Origin: Paramecium tetraurelia
Lineage: Eukaryota
Assembly: GCA_000165425.1 (NCBI GenBank)
Contig: CT868681.1
Coordinates: 1 to 64,000 of the forward strand
DNA length: 64,000 nt
Direction of reading: 5' to 3'
This document shows positions 42,865 to 56,111 of the stretch, piece after piece. Below the pieces are notes generated by a model, which was not told the origin of the DNA, did no database searches, and saw only the letters and a program-made list of their open reading frames with translations. Both the position numbers and the translations under genes were made by a program. Numbering within the stretch: position 1 is the stretch's first letter; the number at the start of each line of letters is the position of its first letter.

Positions 42865-43233
42865 TCAATCAAATTCCTGATCTACTCTTTTTTTACCTTC
42901 TGGGGTCAAAGCTAATGAGACTATAAGTTTCACCTTTTTCCTCTCATCATTTACCAAAGTGAATGAGTTGATCTTAGTTATTGTAGCAATCCCTATTTGT
43001 TAAATGAGGAGATATAACCTTGTTATTATAGAGTATCAGCAACCCTAACACCGTTTTTAGAGGCTTCTCCAAGAGAGTGTAATTCTACATTGCCGAATTT
43101 CTTCAAGAATATCTTGGCAATGAATATTTAGGCTTTAAGTGATTTCCTGGTTAAGATTTAGAGATGATTATCTTCAGGATCTAATTTTTATTTTGGTGTC
43201 TGTTGTTATTATTAATTAATGCTATCTGTCCAT
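42865..43233 (-). CDS. Alba-domain nucleic-acid-binding protein with +1 frameshift after ATG (pseudogene or assembly error)
   Basis: IFIAKIFLKKFGNVELHSLGEASKNGVRVADTLQQQG|IATITKINSFTL...KVKLIVSL. ATG-G-ACA puts the ATG one base out of frame. Confidence 0.75.
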
Positions 43234-43571
43234 TTAATTAATAATTTAAATTCTAATAATAATTATTGATTCTCTTATCATTTTATGGAAGTACTTTCAA
43301 TATTACTACTATATTATTCTAAATATTTTGGACTGATTTAGGAAAGTAAGCATAAATAACCAATTAAATAGGTTTAAATTGATTAATTATATTAATTTTT
43401 TATTTCTTTCAAGACAGAATAAAGTTAATGAAAAATAAACTAAAAGACTTGATGTGAAATTGTTAGAATTAAATAATATAAAGTAATTATATATATTGAA
43501 ATGAATAACGTGCAATAAAAGGAAAAGAATTGGAAGATAGAGGTATGAATTATTTTTATAAATTTTTGATA

Positions 43572-44728
43572 TCATTATCCTCTTTCAATAATTTTAGATC
43601 TAACTCTGTCAACTAAATCTAATTCTTATTTTCTAACAGAGGTGGCCTTTTCGTATTCAGAAGCGAAATCGTTGCACATTCTAGTAGCACTGTCAAAGAT
43701 TTCACCATTTCTAACCTTAAAACATTAGATATGAAGCATACCTTCTTTCCTCTTGCACTATCAATGATGGCTGATTATTAATCTTAGCAAATGTCCATGG
43801 TGGTGATGTGATCTCTTAATTTATTTTCAGTTCTCTTCAAGTTGTTGTAATATTCAACCAAATGAACTCTTCTGTCATCATATTCTTAGATGGATTGATC
43901 CTCTTCTTCTGAAATCTTTTATAAGTTTGTGTACAAATTCTATTCCAAGTTTTATAAAAGTTACTTAAGTCTTTCAAAAACTTCAATGTAGCTATTCAAT
44001 TATAATAATAAATACCCTCCATTTTATGTGAGCATTTAAGCGAAGATGCTTGAAATTTGACTCATGATGTTGGTTGTCTTCAATTTGACTGCATCTTAAA
44101 TCATTCTCAAAGAGATCTCTGACATTTAAGCCAATGAGGCACCTCCTGATTAGAAACTATCTAAGATTTTCAAACTTTCTTAGATTGATCTCAAGGCATC
44201 AATGTGATCTTATTTCTTGGCATTGTAATTTTAAGCACCTGCTTATCTAATTGAATCTAAGATCTTGATATCAGTATCAGTTGCCTAATATGATATTTAT
44301 ATTAATTACTTTTTGACTATCCAAATTGTTATCTAATTCAGCATCAGCCTTCTTTTTTGAGGTTGAACAATTTTCATATTATTCAGTTGCTCTGTTTAAG
44401 ACTTATTCGGCATCTTTGACGTCTTTGGTTCTTAATTCCAATTCAGCACTGCATTGATTTCTTTGATCTGTGTATAATTAATCGTGTCTGATTTATTCTG
44501 AATCAATAGATGCTCTTAAGCTATCCAAAAAGTTGACGGCTGTGTCAACAGAACCACCTGAAGTCAATTTGCTTTCCAATTCTGTCAAGATGCTTACCAA
44601 GGAGGGCTTACTCTTACCAATGATTGGATATCTATTGGGTTTATGAATAGAACTCACTTATGGATGAGATCGCCAGCAAAGGCATTTCCTGCCAACAATA
44701 ACACTAAGGTCACTGCAATAACTTTCAT
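43572..44728 (-). CDS. Trichocyst matrix protein (TMP/GRL family)
   Basis: Signal peptide MKVIAVTLVLLLAGNAFA, LTELESKLTSGGSVDTAVNFLDSL...RHDQLY...QC, heptad helices with paired Cys. Confidence 0.85.
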
Positions 44729-44773
44729 TATTATAATTAAAATAAAAACGGATTATGTTAACTACTTATATAA

Positions 44774-46222
44774 TCATAGAAGTTATTAATAAAACAATAT
44801 ATATCCTTATTGTTAGAGTACATCAATGTTGTTTACTTATTTAATCTTTTGATCATTGAATAGCCACCATTTATTTTATCTCTTGCAATAAGAATAATAG
44901 TGACCTTACTCTAGAGAACCAGAATGGACAATAATTCCAACTAAACTGTATTTGATACCACAAAATGTCGATTCCAGTGAAAACTTTACATGTTAGATTA
45001 TTTTGTTTGATTTTGGAAAAAACTTGAATCTTTTTAGATGTAGTATTAAATATTAAGGTAATTTAATAATTCTTGTCTTTTTGATGGCTGTTTTCTTTTT
45101 ATGACAGCAATCGCATTTGTAATCCTGGATCAATTCATCTTTAAGAAACTCATCCAAGGATTGATTAATGGAATTGATTTTGTTCAAAGCCAACGATAAA
45201 GTCAAGAAATCTTCAGTTATTGAGGACTTATGCGAACAATTTTTGCAAATAATTTCACTTATCGTCTATCCTTTAAGATATTTCTCAATAATATTAGGCA
45301 ATTTAGTTTGTTGTTAGCCTTGCTTTTTATTGAAGTTGCTTATTTCATCTTCTAAACTCGATATCAAAAACAACAAAAATTCTTATGCATCATGTTGGTG
45401 TTTTGGATTGAATTTCTTACTGATAGTATTGCGCAAAGAGTTAATTTTGATATAATCATATTAGGTATCTTTGAGCTATCGAAGAAGTTCTTGATAATTG
45501 CGACATAATGTCATAGATTATGAGTGTTATCTATTGATACTATTTAAAATGAAGTTGTTGAGTTCCTATATGCTCATCATGCATTATAATGTTGAATGCA
45601 TATAGCAAAAGTACAACTCATTCTTCAACCCTTTGATTGGAATCTCAGGATTTATATCTAATTGAGATACGCTCGAAATTATGCTAATATCAACGGACTT
45701 TGCTCTGTCTGTTGTTGAACTGGCATTGGAGGTTGGAGATGGGGGAATTTTCTCATCCAGAATTTCAGGACCTCCACTATACTCTTCAAGAAGGAACTTC
45801 CAAACTGTCTCATTCACCACAAAGAAATCCACATTCCTCATCTGATTCCTATTTTGTAACAAGTCAGTATTGTCAATTGGACCAGGCAATGTACTTGAGT
45901 TGTCATATAAATATGTTGTGTATTTCTATGCCCAAGCTCCATTCAATCTGTACCAATCCGAATCGGTATTCTTTTTCAAATCAACCAACCTTTTTATTAA
46001 TTGGCATTCCAATTCTCGACGAATGTTTCCTTGAGCATTTCTGAATTAATTTTATAATTTAAGTATTTGAGGGACTTCACGAGAATATGAGGGAGCCTTC
46101 TTCTAAGGGAACTACGGGACCTGCTGATTTATTGAACTGCTTGAGTTATACACAATATTACATTACTTATCTTCTTCATTCAAGTTTTCACTATTATTAT
46201 CAGTGTCTTAAAATGATTGCAT
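44774..46222 (-). CDS. Ubiquitin-specific protease (DUSP + C19 domain)
   Basis: DUSP PGPIDNTDLL...VWKFLLEEYSGGP; Cys box GLKNELYFCYMHSTLQC; QHDAQEF; His box HSGSLEQGHYYSY...FND. Confidence 0.9.
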
Positions 46223-46519
46223 TTAATGTAATTAAATAAAAACAATATAATATCAAAAAATCAAAACAGTTCATTTATATCTATCTATCACCTAAATGTT
46301 GTCATAAGTGCTCGCAAGTAAATCTTGCCTAATTTCAGTATTCTATCGTGGCCAATTCTAAAACTACTGCTCACACTTGATATAGAAAGTATAAATATAT
46401 ATGTTCAGAAAATTCAAATGTTAACAAATTTTTTGGATTATTTATTTTTTAAATTAACAGTATTTCTAATACTATTTTAGTCTAATAGAAATAGCAATTT
46501 TTAAGTCTTATGACTGATA

Positions 46520-47310
46520 TCACTTTGGATTAATTATTGAATCAAATTCAACTGTGTTGACAAAATCGAATTATATTGTAGGAATGACTGAATTCATAAA
46601 CTTCAAAAATATTGTTGAAGAATTATCAGGATGTCTTTTATTTTCCGCACATCCATTGTCTCTCTTTTAATCTACAAAGAATTTAAGAGTATCAGCAGGT
46701 AGAATTGTAGCCAGCTTGATATTTAATTCAAGAAATTCTCCTCATTCACAGTTTTATCAGCATACTCTCCCGAGACATCCTAACAAATAAATGAGATTAA
46801 ATTATTTCTCTTTGACTTCTTAATAACTCTATTGTCTATCATCAACTTTGCCACTCAAATACAATAGAGGAGTGATATAATAGAGATCATAAGTAATGTA
46901 CAAGTTGTAATATCTATATTGGCTTTAAGTAATTTCTTATGTTGGCTGATCCTCTTTCTTGATTATTGTGACTTCCTCTCCATCTTATTATTCAGAGAAA
47001 GTGCCCCAGCTATTTAAATCTTTAATTCTCTTAAAAGAGATTATATTTTCTTGAATTTAAACTATTTTTATCATCTGGCACATCTGGCAAATACTTGTTT
47101 TTATTTTGATCATTGATTGCCTTAAACCATTTCCAATTGCCTCCGTTACTTATCAGCCAATTCTCAGCCAAATATTCATTTAACACATTTTTACATTTAT
47201 AAATTCCTCTGAAGTCAACATTCCTATTGTGAGGAAAACCGATGCCTTAGGACGAGCTATAAAAGTAGGCACAAGGGATTATTTGAACCAATTTAAATCA
47301 TGTAATTAAT
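46520..47310 (-). pseudogene. ATG3: ATG3 pseudogene
   Basis: FLTIGMLTSEEFI, WKW, KYLP, YNLYITYDLYYITP, DVSGEYADKTV, FLKFMNSVIPTIQFD. No in-frame ATG, mutated splice sites, frameshifts, and the HPC catalytic motif is gone. Confidence 0.85.
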
Positions 47311-47333
47311 TAAAATATCAAAATATTAATTAG

Positions 47334-48444
47334 ATGGGTTGTGCTTAAAGTAGGTAAAATGAGAAATCCAACATGATCTCGTGTGAAATTAAATATCTAC
47401 TACCAGAATTGGTCTAGGCCATTAAACTAGGATAGCAATGTCTTTACTCTGAAGATTCTCCAATTAAGGTATGTTTTATAATATATATCACTATAGTTGA
47501 CTCCCATAAAGGAGATAGAAGGAATATATTGTAAATTGGAGAGTCTCTTACCATCTGGCTCTGTCAAAATGAGAGCCATGTATCATATGTTGTATAGGTT
47601 GCAGCAAAAAAAACGGCATAAAGGAATAGAATAATTGAATCTCGTTATTTGTTCTTCTGGAAATGCGGCTATGGCTTGTATAGAGTGCCTAAAATTAATG
47701 AAATAAGAGAAGAGATAAGACTTATAGGCAGAGTAAACGGTTAGCGAATTTCTTTAAGACGATACACCAACTGACCCAGGATAATCAGCTCTCATTAAGG
47801 ATTAGTAATTATCTTCTAAAATAAAACCATATGAATTACTTGGATAAGTGTTTATATTTAGTAAGCATTTGAATGAGTTGCATCATTTTTAAGATTTACC
47901 CAATGTCAAAGTCATCAATTCTCAATTAAATAGATCAGAAACAGAATTTGAAGCATTTAAATATGCTGAAGATAATGGCTATGATTATCTAGATCTATAT
48001 AATGATGTCGATGTTTTCGGAGGTTACGCAACCATTGGATTTGAAATTGATTAATGGCAAGTTCTAACAAAAACTAAAATTGACTATGTATTCGTAACGT
48101 TAAAGGGTGGAGCCTTAATTGCAGCCATAGCGTTTTACTTAAAATACATAGCCAAAAATTAAGTCAAAGTAATTGGGGTTATGTTATATGGTTCCAGCAG
48201 AAAAGAATCGACATTATGTTCTCAAATTATTGAAGGATTTATCGATGAAATTATGTTTGTTACTACTTATGAAGTCGAAAAAGCTTAATGCGAATTAGCA
48301 AAAGCAGAAGAAATTGCAGAATTCAATTCTGCTATCGCTTATGCTGGATGCAAAAAAACATAATATAAAAATAGTCTTGTCGTTCTCTCAGGAAGTAACG
48401 TCCCAGTGAGTGATTTATCTAAACTCATATCTAAATACGAATGA
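47334..48444 (+). CDS. Divergent fold-type-II PLP enzyme (Ser/Thr dehydratase-like) with MGCAQS acylation motif
   Basis: TPI...KLESLLPSGSVKMR, SSGNAA, YNDVDVFGGYATIGFEI, VVLSGSN. Confidence 0.8.
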
Positions 48445-48515
48445 TAATTCTATTCAATATAATAACTTATTATTTAATTCATTAATTTGCTAAATAGAAT
48501 TACATTTCATCATAG

Positions 48516-49952
48516 TCATCCTAACTATGAAACTTTATCACTACGCTCTCCTTTGAATTGTACATAAATCCTGGAGTCACCTATTTTAACTCTGCCACTA
48601 AGGGTTACTTTGGTTTCTAGATCAATTGAGTATGTTCTAATACAAATTTTATCGAAGCCTAAAACAATTGGAATCAATCCTTACCTTTTGATTTGGAATG
48701 GTCATGTCCTCGCTATCATACAATAAAATATTTCTGTCTATTGATACTATGGCTAAACAATTTTACCATTTAGTCAACACTGATCCAACATCTCTTTATA
48801 ATCTAGAAAAAAACTTTAGTATAAATGGATTCGTCTATGGCATTGTGGGTTTTAGTAATGATCCTGGAAACTAAGTTAAATAATATTTAATTTGAGGAAA
48901 TCCAATCTCTTATGATTTTAAAACATCCTTAATAAATGCAACATCTTTAAAAACTATCTAACTACTTTCCTCTATTGAATTATACTCTTTAAATTTCTAT
49001 AAGACCAATTATACCTAGGCACTTGGAGTTGTACCTGAATATGTTTCATGAAACTTTTCCAAATAATATCTCATTCCTACAGAAATAATTTCTAATCTTT
49101 AAGATTCTTATTTTATAATCTCATTATAATAAGCAATAATATCCTCTCCTAATTATGTCAATTAAGTGATTTGTTAATGCATAGCGTGTTTAAACTTTCT
49201 TTCTTAATTAAACAAGTCCTTAGATCTTTTTTTATGGTTACCTCCATTGCTCATCATTTCATTGTACAACTTATAAAATTTCTTGCTTCTTTCAGTAAGA
49301 ATAGCGAGTTATTCTCTCGCCGACTTTCTTTTCGCTTTGATTTTAGCAACTATTCCATTGATATTATTAGAATATGCACTGAGGTTTGTTTCGAATTTCT
49401 CTTTTATCATTTTTTCCATATTTGTTACCAATATACTAAGTGACTTGCCTTAGGCTTAATGCAACTAGTTGAGATGCTCTAATGATGCTGAAAATTTAGG
49501 ATAGATGACTTAATCTTAATCTTTAAAGATTGAGAGAAAAGAAGGATTTTTATGAGTTAATAACTTCACATTATTTTACTCTTAGGCGATACGATCCTTT
49601 AAAAAGGCTATTATTGCTTAGAGACTCCTGTCTGAGATCAGTACTCTCAGGTCTAGCTATTCAATGACATTATCTGAGCAAAGCAAGTGCTACCTTGCAT
49701 TAGTAAGGATAAATTCTTCGGATTATTTGAATTATTGAAATCCTTCACTTTTCCTATTAATGCTCATCTCACGAAAGATCTTTTTTAGTGGATTTATAAT
49801 ACATTGCCTTTTAACTCTGGATTAATAGGTTTTAATGGAGGTGGGAGAGGGTTTTATGGTGGGAGATGATTCTCCAGAGTTTGTTATGTAATGAGGTCTC
49901 TATCAATATCTCGTACTGACTCAAATTAACCATCAGGGTTATAAGTTTGCAT
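48516..49952 (-). CDS. Hypothetical protein (coiled-coil, low complexity)
   Basis: Starts MQTYNPDGQFESVRD, with tiny introns and coding-like composition. 3' end is approximate. Confidence 0.6.
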
Positions 49953-50144
49953 ACAAAAATTCCCTTATAATTAAAATTAATATTAAAATAAATTCAATAA
50001 GGGGAGGAGAGGAGATTTGCATATTCTTATAAAGTTTAATATTCCTTTGAATTGAAATTGGTGTTGTAAAAGGAGTGTGCGTATGTAAATAATATATTTT
50101 TTGAATATTAAATTAAAATGGCTTCTCATTTTTTCTAAGGTTTT

Positions 50145-51683
50145 TCAACTTTTCTTTTAGTTTTTCTTTTCTTGTCTTATAAATATATAATGATTGCATT
50201 ACTGTCTTCATCTTCTTAATTTTTCAGCTAATAAGCTAAAGTTTCTTTGATAAGGGGTCTTTGGATATCAATAGGTTTATCAATAATCTTGGCGTTAGCA
50301 TTAACTATTTAATCGTTAATAGTCAATTATAAATGGACTGGAGGACGTAAAGCCTCCTGCAATTATGAGGACGATGAATACAAGAGTAAATAACTTGATA
50401 ATTAAAATTTCTTCAATACTTCCTATTTAACTAAAAAACATAAATCCCAATAAGATCTCCATATTTTTTAAACTCCTAATACACATTAAAAGCAAGCACA
50501 TCTCTATCGAGTTCAACTTGAACCTCATAATTTCTTAACAATTCCTAAACAGGACGCTATTTCTTAGCTACTACCAAAAGTGGTATGCCCTTAACATGTA
50601 AGCAGGGCCTCAAGTTGCAGAGAAATTGAGCAGTATTTTCATCTTAAAACTATAATTCCAAAAATTGCATCTTATCTAAAGTGTCTTAATATTTAAAATA
50701 TATATTAACTCCAAACGTGACTAATAGGAGCACTCTATTTATGTTGAGACACAATTTCTTAAATCACTTCATTCTCATTCACTTCTTATGGGATAGAAAA
50801 GATGTACACAGTATTCTTATCTGTAAAGACTTATTAAGGCTTAATGGGTTAGACACTCTCTTTGATGGAATCTCTGGATGAACTTTGGGAGGAATGCCTG
50901 TTTTTCTTTGTCTTCTTGACTCTTCTTGGCTCACTCGAAGAAGATAGAGATCTTCTCTTAGATCCTTGCCATACTTGTTTGTTATCCACTCTCTTGCTTT
51001 TCCTCTTCTTGCTTGTGCTCCTGCTCTTGTATCTCCTTGAGGATTCACTACTGTCACTTCTGCCCTTTGATTATTGCTAAGATGAAATAGAAATTTAAAA
51101 CATTTCTTCTTAAAGAACGTTCCAGGTGTTCTTTGTCAAGCATCTTCTTGTTTTCCAAATAATTCTTGAAGGCATCACTTAACTCCACAGTCTCCTTCTA
51201 TCTTCCTATATGAATAACATCCAAGAAACCAATTACCATTGCGTCCAAAATTGAAATGCTTTTTTCCAATATATACTAATTTAGCATTATCGTCATTTGT
51301 CATTCCTATAGCTACATCACAAAATGACCCTTACTAATTAAACATTTACACAACTTCACATGATCCAGCCAAATTCACTAGATATTGCAATTCATACCTT
51401 TCCTCTTAACGAAACTCAAGAATTCATTATCGCTCATGCCATTCATGTGCACATGGCGTATATAGAAATGCACCTTGAATTCGCTATTGGATTAATAACG
51501 CTTTCCGATCTTATTCTCAAAAGATGATGAAGGAGATGAATCATTAGAAGAGGTACGCTTGTTAGTTGAAGTCTTATGAGCAGGATCATTTCGACTTTCT
51601 TCAGGATACTAAGCTACGATACCTCCCTCCTCTTTAATTTCTTGTTTTGCTCCATCCTCTTGTTACTGCTAAATCATATTCAT
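50145..51683 (-). CDS. Putative RNA-binding protein with degenerate RRMs and an RS/K-rich region
   Basis: NTVYIFSIPQEVNENEV, VYQEFKKYGDL, SRRYKSRSTSKKRKS. About 6 tiny introns. Confidence 0.6.
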
Positions 51684-51750
51684 TATTAAAATATTAATGG
51701 GTTAGTTGTAACTATGCACATCCTATAATCAATTATATAAAAATATAATT

Positions 51751-52474
51751 ATGTTTACAACTCCAGAACTTTATCTTGATCATCCCTTTAATATCAACCG
51801 TTATTAAAATATATTCTTCAAATACCATCCGAATGTAATCATTGGCGAAGGTTTCAAAAGAACCTACTCATACGAATCCTTAATCACAGAACAACAATTG
51901 TTGAAAAAAAGAAATGAATATTGGGGTACTCTTCAAGGACTTTTTAGAGACTTAAATTATTGGAGACCAGGAAGTGTGGATAAAACTGAAACAAATTTTA
52001 GATATGGATGAAGGTAAATATCTCTTTAAAATAGTTTTAGAGAGTGCAAAGAGACATTTAGAGGATGCTAACTTAACCCTGGTAGAAAATAGCATTTAGA
52101 TGGTCTATGATGAGCGTGGTAACTCATATCTATATATCTTGAGGCAATCGATATTAGATCCCAATCTTTGCCATTAACTTACCTGTATCATACAGCGATT
52201 CTGGAATAATTACACTGAATAATGATTTTGAGGCAAAGGATGTTACAGTAATTGATGATTTTTATTTTAGTTTAAAATTAGGAGTGTTAGATGGGATCAG
52301 GATCAGGTTGCGACCTATAATACAAAAGATAGTGTTGAATTCTTGATTTAGGAATTGAAAGTTAAAGAGAATGTGGAAAACGTGAGATTATTCATACAAG
52401 GGAAAGAGATGACTCAGTAATTTGGAAATTACGATATCACTGAGGAGTCGATAGTACAAGCCTTCCTATTTTGA
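51751..52474 (+). CDS. UBTD: Ubiquitin domain-containing protein (UBTD1/2, DC-UbP)
   Basis: QLLKKRNEYWETQIIGDQEVW, VYDERGNRYQIPIFAINLP and a C-terminal UBL (VRLFIQGKEM...IVQAFLF*). Confidence 0.85.
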
Positions 52475-52497
52475 TTATTATTAAAATATAATATATA

Positions 52498-54519
52498 ATG
52501 AATAAATAGAGACGTTAGAAAGTATTGCCGATCCAACAGATTTAGGCCAAACTGAAATAGCTGAAACAAAGTATAAGAGCTAGTGAGATCAAGTCTTTGA
52601 GATCATCTTGTCTATTCACGGAAAGCACTCCTAATGAGAAATTCGATATTCTTAAACCAAAGCAGAATCAGAATAGCAGTCTTGATGAAAGGACCATGTA
52701 CATTAAGCCTACTTTCAAGAAGAAGATGAAAACCACCAAAAGGTAATTTAAGGTATAACAGAAGTCCTCAATCCATGAAGGCTAAAACAAGCTCAATTAT
52801 AACCAAGTCTAAAACTACTGTGTCACCCCAGAAACATATCAAAGATATATTGCAAAGTTACATTAAGAGCAAATTTCCAAAGAGTAGAACCACATCCAAA
52901 TCGAAATCACCTCCAAAGTTAAAAAAAGTCTTAAGTCCTCAATAAAGATAGATCAGAAGTGAAAGCAAAAAGAAGCTGAAATCAAAGCTAAAAACAACTG
53001 TCAGTCCCCAAATGAAGAAATCTAAGAAGTTAAAAACTCAGGTGCAATACTATCAACCTCAAATAAGTAAGATCAGTTCGATCAGATTAAATACCTTCTC
53101 TGTAAGCGAAGATCCTCATAAAATGATATTGAATTCGATAATCGAAGAATTGTAGTTGATGAATGAGAAACAAATGATCGAATTATAATAGTATCTAAGA
53201 AACATCAAATAGGAGAAGAAGGATGAAGCCTTGTAAACGAGCATACATGAAAGATTCGACATGCAGAAGAAGCACCAGTAAGTGGCATCTCAAGAAAGCC
53301 TCCCTTTAAATATCATTAATCAGATATGTCACCAAAGAGAGGAAGGTATCAAATTGAGAGTTGCTATGCAAATGGATGCCTTTAACAATTTATTATAGCA
53401 ACAAAAAATATCTCCCAGATCTTTTAAGAACAATAATCAAGCACTTTAATAATGGGAAGTTCAATAGACTCAAAAATTGAATCGGTATCAAGAACAACTC
53501 AAGAATATCCAGTATGTTACTAATAAAATACAATAAAAAACATTAAAAGACTTTTAATGCATAGAAGAATTAGAATTAAATAAATCTATTGTTATTTAAT
53601 AGTTATGTACTAGAATCAGTATTATTTAGAACAAATTTCATTCGAATCTAGTTATTTAGATTAATCGGATCTCTAATTAAGCACTCCGATACAACAGAAG
53701 AATATCAATTTCAAGAGGAAAGATATTGTTATAGACGTTGACTTTTAACCCTAACAAAATATAGTTGAAATTTAAACGAATGTTGGAACCATCAGTCTAT
53801 TCGTTGAAATTCTCTGTTAATATATTGTAGGTATTTCATTTAGTATATGATAGAAACCAATTTGAGCTCGTTTATCAGAAGAATGAACTATCCCTTTGGC
53901 CTATAACCCTTTAGTAAACTAAGACAAATACATGGACATGAAGTAATAGAGGATGACAAATACTTATACCCGGTCTAGGAATATATCTTCACTGAATTAT
54001 AAGTAAGATATTATCATAGAATAAGCAAAATAGTTCCCTATATGAAAAGATTCATAATCGAGCCATATTTGATACTTTCAACGAAATACTGAACTAATAT
54101 CGGCCATTCTATTACAGTAATGGCTAACCATACCCTTGGGAATACAATAGGAATCTAGTGGTTATCTTATATGACAGTGAGAATATCAATTTATTATTGA
54201 TGAAGGCCAAAGAAAAGTTGATATTTTATGCTTCAACTTTGTGCGGCTTAATAAATGAGGACGATGAGGAAAATGGTGAATAATTACTAAATTATGAACA
54301 AGTCTTGTAGAACTTGATCAATTCGGATTATTTGTCTCAATTGCGAAACGAACGGTTATAGTTATGTATAAACAATGAAGTAATCTTTAATATCATATTT
54401 AATAGTTATAAGAATATGAGTACATGTGGTCATATACAGACACAACTGAAACTTTAGTTGAAATAACTGATCACATTTTCGAAGATTTAATAAATGAATT
54501 AACACTTGAATTATAATGA
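52498..54519 (+). CDS. Basic low-complexity protein with DUF4378/CEP350-like C-terminus
   Basis: K/S/P-rich N-terminal half; C-terminus IHNRAIFDTFNEIL...W...TLVEITDHIFEDLINEL. Confidence 0.65.
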
Positions 54520-54528
54520 AAATATAAA

Positions 54529-56017
54529 TCAATTTCTCAGGTTTCTATCCTGCTCATTCATAGCATAATATTAAGCTAAGTTTATATTGACTTGCTAATT
54601 AATTTCTTCATTTGTTTTCTTAATGAATAGTCTTTTATATAAGTATAAAGTGCACATCATTAAAATACCCATGATACTCAAAACAACTAACCATACTATC
54701 CATGTATTAGTCTCCTGAGTGTAATTAATCTATTAACTATAGACATATATCATACCCAACTACCATCATCATCCAAATAACCAACCATTCTCCTCTTACA
54801 AACTTCAGGAAGAGAACTATTTATGAAACTCTTGCATACAGCTTAAAATGGACCGAAACGAGAACTATCATATATCTCTTAATCTCCTTAATCAAAATTT
54901 GACTTGTAACCTGATACTGTTAGACTACCCCTATATTTTATATCATTAATGTAGAGGATTGGCCAAGCTCGAATTTATAATTCTTCATTTTTTTCATATT
55001 CCTTAGAAAGCAACAAATTATCATCTAAATCATCATTAAGTCCTGAGAAGCTCTCCTTATAACAATTCTCTATCTTCTGCTAGTCAATCTAAACTTATTC
55101 AAGGACATATTTATAGCACAAATTTGCAATAGAGATAGAGGATCCTAGACATTATTGGCTGTATTTTATGACATATTTCCACCATTTTACTTTATCTACG
55201 TTGTATATGCAGAGTTATCTAACCACTTCTCTTACTGCATCTTGACCATCCAAAGGACCATCACCATCAGGATCTGGAGCACAATATCTTCCTCCAGAGA
55301 GACAAAGTGAGTCTCTTTTATTAAAATTTGTCTTGGCACATTATGCGCAACGTCCTAAGGTGTAATGAGGAGTGAATTATAAGGATTCATTCATTTGCAT
55401 GTGAAATGAGTAAAATTGCCTTAAAAATTTATAGCTTTTCTAATCCATTGAACTAAACCAATACTCATACTTCACTATATCTGTTTAATAAAAGTCTGGG
55501 AATTTCACTTGCACATACAGATTCTTGTGATTGATTTACAATAAAAAATTCTTAAGGATATTTCCCTAATTTTTGGATATCATAATGGTTGGAATGCGTA
55601 TATCCAAATTACTTTCAGAATCATTCCTTGCTCCAAGATTGAGTTCCTAATTGGTATCATCAACTATGATCAACATTACGTAACCATAATTTTAAGCATT
55701 AATTGCCTTATTGATATAATATATATTAAGTTTACTTTTTTGAAGTTCAAGCATTCTCCCCTTTCAACAAGTAGAATTTTTGAATTGGCATAATCGTTAT
55801 TGTAATTTCCAATCCTTTCTTCTTGAAGTTCACAAAAATTGTAAGGTTAAGCCAATTCCAACTCAGCTGAAATCTTCTATCCGTATGGAACATATCCAAA
55901 ATTGGCTATATTAAATTGAATCTCTTTGAGTATCTCTTCTGATGCCAAGGTTGATGGACTCAAGATTTTAAAATATTGGTCTGCCTAAACTATGATTAAT
56001 AATGACAATAGCAACAT
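54529..56017 (-). CDS. VSR: Vacuolar sorting receptor (BP-80/VSR type: PA + TRX domains, TM, YxxPhi tail)
   Basis: IANFGYVPYG, LLVERGEC, IRIPTIMI, FTPHY, CLSGGRYCAPDPDG, EVVRQLCIY, TM, AQYYAM. Confidence 0.9.
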
Positions 56018-56111
56018 ATAAAAAAATATAATTATTCAGAAAGTGTCGTAATCAAGAAATTTGAATAATTAAAGTCGACATTATTTTTGAAATCATATAG
56101 ACTTAAAGTAT

